A stretch of DNA of 62,769 nucleotides, counting the filler, from Aduncisulcus paluster (Eukaryota): the NCBI GenBank assembly GCA_024181965.1. It is 6 parts of 6 records of this genome, joined end to end, with 100 filler letters (N's around TTAATTAATTAA, not from the genome) between each part and the next. Parts side by side here need not be neighbours in the genome. Positions count along the whole stretch, not along the records: positions 15,829 to 26,631 come from BQXS01011135.1; positions 26,732 to 54,551 come from BQXS01011136.1; 4 more parts are not named here. One strand, 5' to 3'. The notes beneath the pieces are model-generated. The model had not been told where the DNA came from. It ran no database searches and worked only from the letters and a program-made list of their open reading frames with translations. A program made the translations under genes and the position numbers. Within the stretch, counting starts at the first letter, position 1, and each line of letters opens with the position of its first letter. Positions 21,817-32,900 of this stretch are shown in pieces.

Positions 21817-22917
21817 TTATTCAAGCTCAGGCATGTCCGAGTACGATTCATCATCATCCGTCGGGTCTTCCTTTCCTTCCTCTTCTTTCTCTTCCTCCTT
21901 CTTGGAATCTTTTGCAGTGTCAGCAATAATATCCTTCCATGGCTTGGCTATTCTCTCCCCACTTTCAAGTTGAAGTCGAAGAATAAATTCACCGGTTGAA
22001 TCTACTCGGATCGCCTCAGCAGTTGAACAAACGATCTCATACGGAGTTCTAAGCTGAAGCCAATTATCTTTCACACGGAGCCGAATATATGAAGGGTTAA
22101 GATCACACTCAATATTATCAGTACCGAGATGCTTAGGAACTAACACACGGAACTCTAACGCCTGAGTCTTATAGTTCTCAACCCATTTAAACTCACAGCC
22201 AGTGTCGTTATATTGAAGAACTTCTCCCCGAGCCAAGCACTCAGCTCGATGCTCAAGGAGATTTCTCTGATATTCATCCTTGAGTTCTTGTTTCCTATCG
22301 ATTGTTTTGGTTTCTTTTTCTTGTTTCTCCTCCAGTTCATCCTCCTCTTTATCATCTTTAAGAACAAAAGAAGGGATTTCTGTTGGTGGGAATGTGATTG
22401 TACCATCAATAATTTTTGATTCGATAATAGGAAGCTCATTTTCAGCTTCAATGCGTTCAGAAAAGGATATTTCTATTCCATCCAACGATGTTAAAGTCGG
22501 TATTGATGCGATAACATACTGTCGATAAAAAGGAACAGAAGTACAAGGATTTCCAGTAAGATATAACTCAGTCAATTCAGAATTTTTGGACAATTTAGAC
22601 AATTCAGAATAATTTGAAATATAATTAGCGGTGAGATCAAGCTTTTGGAGAGAGGAACAACGCTCTAATCCACCTATTTTGGTGATTCTATTCAACGCAA
22701 GATTCAGATATTGGAGATCAATTAATTGATGTAAATTTTCTATTTTGCCGATTCTATTATTTTGTAATAACAATATTTTTAATCTTTTACAGAATTCTCC
22801 GATGGATTCAATCTTTTCGATTTTAAATTGGTGAAGCGCAATCTCTTCAAGATCTGACAAGCACTTATCATTGTGTTCAGATCTTTTCCGCAATAAATCA
22901 GGTGTAATTCTCACCAT
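21817..22917 (-). CDS. DNAAF11: Dynein axonemal assembly factor 11 (LRRC6/TilB)
   Basis: MVRIT.DLLRKRSEHN...LEEIALHQ..IEKIE, SDS22-type LRRs, LRRcap GNPC....YRQYVI and a C-terminal CS-like domain. Confidence 0.92.
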   Translation of the reverse strand: MVRITPDLLRKRSEHNDKCLSDLEEIALHQFKIEKIESIGEFCKRLKILLLQNNRIGKIENLHQLIDLQYLNLALNRITKIGGLERCSSLQKLDLTANYISNYSELSKLSKNSELTELYLTGNPCTSVPFYRQYVIASIPTLTSLDGIEISFSERIEAENELPIIESKIIDGTITFPPTEIPSFVLKDDKEEDELEEKQEKETKTIDRKQELKDEYQRNLLEHRAECLARGEVLQYNDTGCEFKWVENYKTQALEFRVLVPKHLGTDNIECDLNPSYIRLRVKDNWLQLRTPYEIVCSTAEAIRVDSTGEFILRLQLESGERIAKPWKDIIADTAKDSKKEEEKEEEGKEDPTDDDESYSDMPELE

Positions 22918-23142
22918 TAATTTTCCTGATAATCACCAACAACCAAAATTATTGTTTCGATATCTAATACATCAAATAGATGGAAAGAGAGTTTGATAGA
23001 GTAAATAAAATTCATAAAAGCTAATATTTTACACAATTAAAAATGACGTTGGAATGTATATGCACATTGGTTTGTCGATTGCCTTATTTTCTTGTCTATT
23101 GGCATACGAGTTTAATATTTATATTCTTTTTGATTGTTTAGG

Positions 23143-24336
23143 ATGAATATAAACAATATTATCAAGGAAGATAACGTCGATTTATTAATTGAATATGTAT
23201 TCATTAAACGGCTTCTATCTCTTGAAGACCTCTCTCATATGGCACCAGGCCCCTGGAGAAACCTTTTAGAAAACATTACTAATATTATTCAATTGAATAT
23301 TTATGATATACGCAAGCGTGTTAAAGATACCTTTTATCTGTTACAAAACGTAATGAAATCGTTGGTTAAAATCATTGAATATTACCAAGAACAGAAAAAA
23401 GATGATTTTTTAGATAGATTCATGAAATTTGTAGGTTATGTATTGGGTAATTCGTGTGTAAACAAGCTCGTTGCTCACTTATTCTCCCATTCTGAGAATG
23501 TTTCAATTATTACTGCCGATACTTCTGATATCAACGTTTTTGAGGAACCTTTTCGACAGGCTAACTTTTGTAAAGGGAAGAAATGGGGTCTTCATTACCA
23601 ATTCTTATTATTCCTCCCTATGCTTCGATTCCTCGTTACAATCAAGCAAACTCATCTCGGAAAGACTATTTTAGACATTTTAGAGAGCGATTCAATGTCA
23701 TCATACTTCCGAAAAGCCACTGTATCAGTTCAAACAGAGTTGTTTTATTTCTGGGGCCGTCTTTCCCTTTCCAATGCTGATGAAAAGAAGGCCTTTGAAT
23801 GTTTCAAAAAGGCCACTTGTTTGTGTGATCCTGCCCATATTCATAATCGTCGTCATATTGGAAGATATATGATTATAACAGGATTGGGTGAAGGTTTCCT
23901 CCCTTCCTTTGAGCTCTTGAAGAAGCTCCATCTTGAGACTGAGCTTGGTCCACTTGTTCGTGCCATTCACAACGGTGATATCCCGGCCTTTGATTCTTGG
24001 ATGTTCAAAAACCAGGCTCAATTATGCATTGCCGGAGTCTTCCACCTTGTGTGTCCTCTTCGTGTCTGTGTTCAGGCTAGTGGTCTTAAGATCGTTTGGG
24101 ATATGGTCAAAGATGCTCCACGTGATAATTTTAAGCAAGTATCTGACCTTGCAAAGGCTATGAGCGCTTTATGGAAAACTGAAATAACTACCGATCATAT
24201 GACCCTGATTATTATCACATTAATAAGATGTAAATTAATCCGTGTGAATCTTATTATTGAACGCAAGGAGCCTGTCGTCACTTTCCCAAGTGAGAGACCT
24301 GTGTTCCTTGGCATGAAGAAAATATCAAACAAATAA
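23143..24336 (+). CDS. PCID2: PCI-domain protein, PCID2/Thp1/Csn12 family
   Basis: KKWG, YFWGRL...A.ECF..A..LC, N.R.I..Y.I...L..G.LPS..LL, PLV.AI..GD...FD, then a winged-helix end LI...LIR. A possible 5' intron lies at 23056-23141 (GTATAT...TTTAG). Confidence 0.75.
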   Translation: MNINNIIKEDNVDLLIEYVFIKRLLSLEDLSHMAPGPWRNLLENITNIIQLNIYDIRKRVKDTFYLLQNVMKSLVKIIEYYQEQKKDDFLDRFMKFVGYVLGNSCVNKLVAHLFSHSENVSIITADTSDINVFEEPFRQANFCKGKKWGLHYQFLLFLPMLRFLVTIKQTHLGKTILDILESDSMSSYFRKATVSVQTELFYFWGRLSLSNADEKKAFECFKKATCLCDPAHIHNRRHIGRYMIITGLGEGFLPSFELLKKLHLETELGPLVRAIHNGDIPAFDSWMFKNQAQLCIAGVFHLVCPLRVCVQASGLKIVWDMVKDAPRDNFKQVSDLAKAMSALWKTEITTDHMTLIIITLIRCKLIRVNLIIERKEPVVTFPSERPVFLGMKKISNK

Positions 24337-24522
24337 ATATAAATTCTTTAAATACGACCTACCTTATCTTAATAATATTCTTCCAAGAAGTATATGGATC
24401 TTGTCATAACATGAGTTCGTGATTTGACGTTTTGACACAGTTCAATGGCAAACGAGTATTGGCTTGCATTGAAAAAAGAATCTTCTTTTATTATCCAATA
24501 ATTTTAATTTTTTAAACTTACA

Positions 24523-25710
24523 ATGAGAAATAATTGTCCAGAAATTACCTGGACCGATTGGACGGATAAAACTGAACTGAATCGATACTGGATCTATGAA
24601 CACTGGGCAAATACCTATTTCATTCAGTCTTTTTTACAAAGAAGATCCCTTTCATTTGTTTTGATGTATATTTGGGAACTTGTTGAAGCTGTCTCTCTTA
24701 TTATTAAAGGAAATTACTTTGGAAGTGTTGATCCACCAGAAACTCTCGACGATTCCCTTATTATGGACCCATTTACTGGATTTTGTGCGTTAATATTAGC
24801 AGATGTTCAAAAAATGGTTTTTCGAATACCTCGATTCTTTGTTTATGAAAATGCTCAAAACCACATGCAAAATTCATACCGAGCAAAACATAATATTGAT
24901 GATAACAGTTCGCAAAATAATTTAAGACTTCCTGTCATCAAGGATGAATTAGACCTTCTCTTATACGCTCTTATTCATCCCTGTGATGAGGCAGTACATA
25001 CATTATTATCGGCATTTTTGTTTATTATTTTGTGGGTGTTTGCGAAATTTCCAAATTGGATATGGGAAAAATTCTATGGTTTCATGGGAGCTGGCTTATT
25101 GGGAATAGTAGCAGTGTGGGTTGGATATTTCGTCTTGCGAAAAAGGAAAGATATTGCTTGGGGAAAAGCAAGAGGACACTGTGAACCAATAGAATTCGCA
25201 ATGATTTGGACAATGACAGCTCTTTCATTCATGATACTCAGTGCTATTCAACCGATCCCACCAGGTGTTGGAATCCCTATTCAAACAGTAATTTTTATAA
25301 TATTGCACATTCTTATTTGGAAAGTAGTTACAAAAAAGAAATCGGATGAGGAAAGAAAAATCTCAGAAGCTCAAACATCAGCGCAAAACTTATCAATTGA
25401 TAATCCTGAAGGAAAGTTGCAAAATGAAGGAGGTATCATCAATATAAAGGCCAAATCAATGGACAATATACACAAATCAAACGTAATTTTGTCAAGAAGC
25501 ACATCGCCAGAACAAAAAGAGTTCGAGGCAACATTGTTTGAATCTATTTCACATACATATATTGATAGAGAAATTCATATTCCAGCTAAATATCCGAGCA
25601 GTATGATGGACATAGTCCCTTTTAAAGCACCAATAGATCAAGACATAGAAGAAAACGATTCCCTCGTGGTACAATCAATATCATTTGCAAAAAATATAAA
25701 AAATGACTAA
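24523..25710 (+). CDS. Multi-pass membrane protein of unknown function
   Basis: 395-aa ORF with about six hydrophobic segments and polar motifs EH...WELVE...ETLDDS..MD; hydrophilic C-terminal tail. Confidence 0.75.
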   Translation: MRNNCPEITWTDWTDKTELNRYWIYEHWANTYFIQSFLQRRSLSFVLMYIWELVEAVSLIIKGNYFGSVDPPETLDDSLIMDPFTGFCALILADVQKMVFRIPRFFVYENAQNHMQNSYRAKHNIDDNSSQNNLRLPVIKDELDLLLYALIHPCDEAVHTLLSAFLFIILWVFAKFPNWIWEKFYGFMGAGLLGIVAVWVGYFVLRKRKDIAWGKARGHCEPIEFAMIWTMTALSFMILSAIQPIPPGVGIPIQTVIFIILHILIWKVVTKKKSDEERKISEAQTSAQNLSIDNPEGKLQNEGGIINIKAKSMDNIHKSNVILSRSTSPEQKEFEATLFESISHTYIDREIHIPAKYPSSMMDIVPFKAPIDQDIEENDSLVVQSISFAKNIKND

Positions 25711-25837
25711 AAGATTCTATATAAAACTAATATCGGAAATAATTCAGTTTGTAACATTCAAAATGAAAGCAAACTTGTGTGTTTTTTTTTATTGTTATTT
25801 CTTGATAGTGAATTTAGTTTTTAATATCTAATTTTAT

Positions 25838-26383
25838 GAATAAATTCATACCATTATGGGTATCCCAAATATTTCATCCTCAAAATATTCAATTCACTCC
25901 GGTGACGAAGAATTCTGGTCAGAGATGAAATTAACCATTTACTAACAAATTACAACGGAAAAAAAGCGATAAATAATATAGTAATAACAATTTGTGGATT
26001 AATTATGAATGTCCTTTATCGTTAGATCAGTTTCAGCCAATTCATCTAGAGTAAGATTGCTGGAATGGAAAGGTATACTTTGATCAGAAATGCACCGTTT
26101 CAAGGGAGTTGAATAAATTCATACCATTATGGGTATCCCAAATATTTCATCCTCAAAATATTCAATTCACTCCGGTGACGAAGAATTCTGGTCAGAGATG
26201 AAATTAACCATTTACTAACAAATTACAACGGAAAAAAAGCGATAAATAATATAGTAATAACAATTTGTGGATTAATTATGAATGTCCTTTATCGTTAGAT
26301 CAGTTTCAGCCAATTCATCTAGAGTAAGATTGCTGGAATGGAAAGGTATACTTTGATCAGAAATGCACCGTTTCAAGGGAGTT
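25838..26383. repeat. 273-bp direct tandem duplication (no gap)
   Basis: 25838-26110 matches 26111-26383. The unit ends share TGAAT(C)AAATTCAT homology. Confidence 0.92.
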
Positions 26384-26631
26384 GAATCAAATTCATCCTC
26401 AACAATCCCCTCTCCACCCATCTCTATTTCATCGATCAATTCTTCCTCCTCTTCTTCTCCCCTGTCCTCTTCTTCCTCTTCCTCTTCTTCCTCTTCCTCT
26501 CTCTCTCCTCTCTCTCCTTCCCTTGAATCAACATATAGAGTACGAATTGCATCTTGATCTTCACCGTCTTCTCCAAGAATGTCATCCCAACCACCTTCTT
26601 CCTCCTCCTCCTCTTCTTCTTCTCTCTCCTC
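26272..26631 (-). CDS. Acidic C-terminal fragment of a gene truncated by the contig end
   Basis: Open frame EEREEE...GGWDDILGEDGEDQDAIRTLYVDS...LDELAETDLTIKDIHN* with TAA at 26274-26272; not in the ORF track. Confidence 0.75.
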   Translation of the reverse strand, partial: EEREEEEEEEEEGGWDDILGEDGEDQDAIRTLYVDSREGERGEREEEEEEEEEEEDRGEEEEEELIDEIEMGGEGIVEDEFDSTPLKRCISDQSIPFHSSNLTLDELAETDLTIKDIHN

Positions 26632-26731
26632 NNNNNNNNNNNNNNNNNNNNNNNNNNNNNNNNNNNNNNNNNNNNTTAATTAATTAANNNNNNNNNNNNN
26701 NNNNNNNNNNNNNNNNNNNNNNNNNNNNNNN
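26632..26731. other. Artificial contig spacer
   Basis: N44-TTAATTAATTAA-N44. Confidence 0.97.
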
Positions 26732-29242
26732 CATCGAGGAATGAACACAAGAGAGGCACAATGAAGGGACATTGTCCGATAAGACGAGGAGAAAGAGCGG
26801 ATCTCATCAAAACTTGATATTGGGACACGGACAAGGGGGACAGCTCAGAAGATGCGGATGATCCAGCTGGAAGGTGGAAGAATTTAAGAACGACTTTCAT
26901 CGATAAGTCTTCTCCATCCTCAGAAATATTCCTCCAATCCCCAACAAACACATTCCCAGCATTCCTATACTCCCCAACTCCTCGTTCAGCGCTCATCTCA
27001 CACACATCAGAGAACATCCCGAGGGCAACACCCTTTGTGAACACGAATGGAAGAACAGGAGAAGGCACTGGGTTATGAGTGCTGCCACAAAGTGAGGTCG
27101 ATTCTTGAGCAGTCACAATGCTGGAGAGATCAAGCTCAGATGGAATCACAAACCCTAATGATCCGAGAAAATTCGCATGACGCTGCAAAAGAAGGCATCT
27201 ATGGTACCGAGTGAGCATTTCCTGACGCGCAGAATCGATGGTTTCATTCAAACGTTGCAATTTCTTCTCGAGGGAATCAAGTTCGGATGGAAGATCTGCT
27301 TCATCATCTCCATCGTCAAATTGGAAGGGAGACGAGGGGCTTTGAATGGTGTCATAAGTGGATGATACCTTTGAGATACGTAGCTTAAGGGATTCAATCT
27401 CAGCAATAACACCAATTCTCATCTTTTTCTTATTCCCGATAATCCTTTTGAGTTCTTCCATCTCTTTACCAATCGTGGATAATTCATTCCCACAGATTTC
27501 AATAATCCTCACACTTTCTTTCCATCCCTGGAGTTCACGGGTTCGAATGACACAACATCTCAGAACGCGTTTGTATTCACATATTATCTTTAGATATGAG
27601 CAACTCAACGATACAATTGCACACAAAGCATCCACGACAGAGATGATCAAGGGTTCATAAGAAGTATCTCCTTGAAAGAATTTACGCTCGAGATTGACAA
27701 GTCCATTCAAAGAACCAATACACTCCTCTTCTTTCTTGCATTGTAAGAGAACCTTGTCCTCTTCATCAAGAAGAAGAATATCACAACAATTGGATCCATC
27801 ACACCTTACACACTCACCAGATACACGTCGAATCAGAGCCAATAACATGTCTTCTGTGCGAGAGGATTCAGAGTCACACTTCTTCACAACAGCAGATATT
27901 TCAGTGGCAAGAAGATCTATGGATTCTTGGAGGTTTCTAAATGTTGATTTATACTGAGATTGGAAGTTCTGCATGGTTGAATCGCCAAGCTCAGACTTTA
28001 TGCGTTGACATGATTTTTGAATTGAATCATGAGAAATGGAATTTCGTTCAAAACTAGAGCATTTGGAGCCATTAATAGAGAAATATGACACTAAAGAATC
28101 TGAATATTCCGTAGAAAATAATCGAGTCTTGGACTTTCCTTTTTCAAAATGTGAAGGAAGTTTATAGCTTGTTTTAGAGTGTTGATTATGTTCATTTCCA
28201 TCCTCTGATATCATTTTCATTGCCTTGGCTATTTCTCCCACTAAATCATGAGGAATCGAATCGCTCCAAGACTTATTCTTCAAGAAATCATAGTCTGGAT
28301 CTGATGGACACATCGTCATTTCTTTTTTATAAGCTGAGATATTCAATTCAAATCGAGAATACACATCGTGGAAATGCTGCAATTTCTCAGAAAATAATGG
28401 AGAAATTCCACATTTACGTAGTTCAAGTAAAGAATCAATCGAAGGAGGTGGTGAAAGGGAAGCTTCACAAAAATGATCTGAAACTTCTGAAAAAACCCTA
28501 AAACATAAGATTATCAGTCGTTGAATACATAAACGAGTGACTCGTTACGAGTCACTTTGATGACAGGAGTCACATGAATGGAATTGGTTCGAAAACAAAC
28601 AAGAGATGCCAACGCTTCAAGATTCTTAATTTTATCCACCAACTTTGATAAACAAGGTGTCGTCGATACTGGTTCAATGCATTCAGAAATAAGTCTATTT
28701 GGACAAACAAATGACATTGAAGTCTCTAAACCATGTAATATTTTAGAAATGCTTTCGTGAATTATATTATATTGAGTAAGAAGCTGAGATTTCTCATCTT
28801 CTTTCTTTAGGGCCTTAAGAAAACTAAATATTGAAAAGAATGATGCCTTGAAGGGATCTCCAATCCCAGATTGTGCAATATGAATAGACTTGACCAGGGG
28901 AATTGAGAAATTAGACAAATCAGAGAGGATAAAATACTTTTGAAAATGAGATAATAGAGTTGATCTGCTTTTAGTAAGGGATATATGAGCCGATTGAACA
29001 TCATCAGAAAGGCAAATTTCTTTGCCGGCTACGCGAAGCGAAAGATATGATATTTCTTTTTGAAGTGATTTAATTTTTCTTTTTAAATGTAAATTATCAG
29101 TTGTTGAAGATTGTTCAAGAACTTGAACCCTTGATAATAGGGAAACTCTCTCAACCTCTGAATCTTTAATATATTGTTTAAATTCCCTTTTAATGTCAGA
29201 AATAATTATCATTAATTCCTCATTTGAATGATGTTGACTCAT
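26732..29242 (-). CDS. Coiled-coil protein with C-terminal protein-kinase-like domain (3'-truncated); probably two exons, 29242-28549 and 28486-26732
   Basis: ORFs 28514-29242 and 26676-28382 join in frame via a 62-nt GTAACG...CTGAT...TTTTTTCAG intron (28548-28487). The end reads NVFVG...KVVLKFF...CPFIVPLLCSFLD, like kinase subdomains I-IV. Confidence 0.6.
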
Positions 29243-29904
29243 ATTTTTTCTTTATCTCAGAGCAAAATGCAGTTTTATTGTTTTGTCGTCAAAGTCCCAA
29301 TCATAATTCAAGTTGTTTCAATCATTCATTTTTATTTTATATGTTTTTCATGAAAACATTAAAATTAAAAAGCTAATAGCGTATAAATACCCTTCAATTG
29401 AAATATTATATTATAATTTCAGCAAAAAGTAAGTCGCAAAAAACACCATATCGACGTTATATTATCATAAAATTAGATAATATATTTAAAAAGCAACATA
29501 AAATATTCAAAATTGTTTGAACAGATTTTTTTTTTTCATGATTATCATTAATCGCGATTATAGAAAGGAAAATATATAAAAATATTAAAATACCAAATTA
29601 AATATAAAAAGATACTCAAGATTTCAATTTAAGGCTCAAGTTAGGAGCCTCAAAAATCGAGAGAAAAAATTGAGAAATCGTCAACAAATTGATCATAAAA
29701 TCTCATAAAAAAAACAATTAATCCGAAAATAGTATGGAAATAACCATAGATTGCAGCAACCCCCCCAAAAATTGAGTGAGTTAAGATCATCGATGTAAAT
29801 TATTAATAAAAAGTGTAAGAAAAATGGAAAACAAACAAAAAATAAAATAAAATAGAAAATCATTTGTGGCCTTGAGAATGAGAATGACAACTCCAAAATC
29901 CCCC

Positions 29905-32900
29905 CTAAAAGAAACTATAAGGTCTCTTTTCTCCAGAGTATCTTCTCTCACATGCCCTTCCATACCACCCTTCTTTGCACCTGCATGCCCGAGATCCATC
30001 AGCAATGGTAGCACATCCATACGAAGACTCGGGGCTGCACCAACAGATGTCACGCTCACAGAACAGACCACCCCACCCAACCTTACAGTCACAATAAAAG
30101 GGAGGCTCATTCTTGGATGGATCACCAGCCACACATGAGCCATGGTCAAAGCATTCCGATGAGGCTCTATTCTGACCATATCCAATCGCACACATGTTCC
30201 ATTGACACGCATCACCACTGAAGCCCCATGCACACAGACAGGAATGAGAAAGGGGATTACACACTCCAAGACCAGAACATGATACATCGGTGGAGGGATT
30301 GGTTGGACAGATACTCTGACATGCAGTTCCATACCATCCATCAATACAGGCAGAATAAATGTCACCATTAGCATCAATCACACACTGTCTATCTGGAATA
30401 TCCAGGCATTCAGAATACAATACTTCATCCATGGACTCACAAACAANNNNNNNNNNNNNNNNNNNNCAAAGCATTCCGATGAGGCTCTATTCTGACCATA
30501 TCCAATCGCACACATGTTCCATTGACACGCATCACCACTGAAGCCCCATGCACACAGACAGGAATGAGAAAGGGGATTACACACTCCAAGACCAGAACAT
30601 GATACATCGGTGGAGGGATTGGTTGGACAGATACTCTGACATGCAGTTCCATACCATCCATCAATACAGGCAGAATAAATGTCACCATTAGCATCAATCA
30701 CACACTGTCTATCTGGAATATCCAGGCATTCAGAATACAATACTTCATCCATGGACTCACAAACAAATAAATCTGAGCCGGATTGTGGATAATGTTTAAG
30801 ACTAAGCTCAAAACAACCAAGAACATAGGTTGAGGATTCCCAAGGTTTTATGCATTGTGTATTGGAATACACTGATGCCAAGGGGCATTGAGAGCAATAT
30901 GCATCATTCTGATTCGAGATATTTAGCTTCGCCAATATATTGAAAAGAGATATAAAATAGTCAGCTTCAATGTTACATATCATATTGGAACTAATATCAA
31001 GGAATTCAAGGGAGTCTTTCAATGAAAACAATGGAGATGGATCAGAGATATTATTATGGGAGAGGTCGACAGAAGAAAGGGATTGTGAGTGGATGAGAAA
31101 ATGGATAGAAGATAAATCACACTCAGAGGCAATCAAAATATGTAAATTAGGAAAGAGTTCCAATTGAGAAAGACTATTTTTAGAAAGGATTACTCCAGAC
31201 ATTTCAAGTTCTCTCATTGAATAATTAGAAACCAGTGTGGAATCAACAGAAAAGAGAGGAGAAAGATCAGAGATGCTTGTTCCACCAATCTTAAGGGTTT
31301 GAAGGGAATAATATCCATGTTCTGATGCCAACTGAGATATAGAGAGATTATTACTGATATCTAGATATTCAAGGGAAGGAAAAGAAGCAAAGAAATCAAC
31401 ATCAGAAATACTATTGCAAGAAATATCGACATACTCAAGACTATAAAGGGTAGAAATCGGAGAAATATCTGAAAGATCAGGATTATTTGACAATTCAAGG
31501 TGAGTGATTTGTCGAAGATGTTCAATTCCTCTAATATCAGACAGAGAAAAAGAAGAATATGATATTGTAACGGTTGAAGGGATATTCTTGAGAGCCACAA
31601 CAGAAATTTGAGGATTCCAATCAGAATATCCTAAAATAGAATGAGAAATATAATATCGAAGTTGCTCATCAATGACAACATCTACACAGATAGCCATATC
31701 AGTGATATCTGGATCATATCGACATTCCTGACCAAACGAACATCCTCCATCACATGTAAACGATTCCCCATGAAGAGAATCAATGCATTCAAACTCATAA
31801 GGAGACAAATATCGAGTAAAAGAATGTGAAGAACATACAATGTTCCACTCGTCACTGCCAAAATACGACTCAGAGCATATCTTGTTATCAACGAAAGGCA
31901 ATATATCATCCATCAACTCAGAACAATAAATAGAACAATCTTGAGAAACTTGAGTATAATCAAGCACAAACATTTCATTGGAATAATTGTGGAATTTCTT
32001 ACTCAGATTCTCAATATCATCTTTCCCACCACATATTCTATTGGCACTTATGTTTACATTCATCAATTTCTCCAAGAAGTAAAGTGTGGACACGTCAGAA
32101 AGCGAACATCCACTGATATCAAGAGATATAATGTTCTCAAGACCATATTGGGAGATCCCATGAGCATCGTAGATCCCTGGATTATCACTAATATTGATAT
32201 ATTCCAACGATTCCTGACTGAAACGAAGGTTAGGAATAGAATCTAAAGCACATCCACTCAAATCTAGGTACTCAAGAGATAGAAATAGGGATATATTTGA
32301 AATACCACGGATTATACCATTGGAACCAAGGGAAAAATGGGTTAAAGATGCCATTTGTATCGAGCTAAGACTGGAAATATCATTAACGCCAGTGTTAGCA
32401 AGGAAAAGTCTCTCAATATTGAATAAGTGGTATGAAATATGCACTGAAAATCCCTCAGAAAGGATGTTAGAGTTATTATATGCCAACAAAGTCGCAATGG
32501 AGGTTGGCAAAAGATCACAAGCATCAATATCTGTCGGGAAGGACACATATGTTGAGCTAATATCAAGATAAATAAGATTATCAAGGAGGTAGAGAGAAGG
32601 AAGAGATATAATTGGATTAGACGAAACATCCAAGTGTTCCACATTACTTAATGTTTGGACATAAGTAATATCATCAATGATATTTCCTGAAAGATCAATC
32701 CAAGAGATTGCTGAGAGATGCTCAATTCCTTCGATAGATGCAATTCCTTGCCCGGAACACTCAAGATTTGTTGGATAATCAATACTATAGTTGAGTGTCT
32801 TAAGGGAAGCAACACTGAACATCACAATCTCCAGACCATCGATCTCAGAAGTTTGAATATCACTTGATTGTGGAGGAAATAACTCAGAAACACACGAATG

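Noticed and set aside
26272-26732. Acidic fragment as the C-terminus of the kinase gene
   Set aside because: They are on the same strand but separated by an artificial spacer, so adjacency is not evidence.
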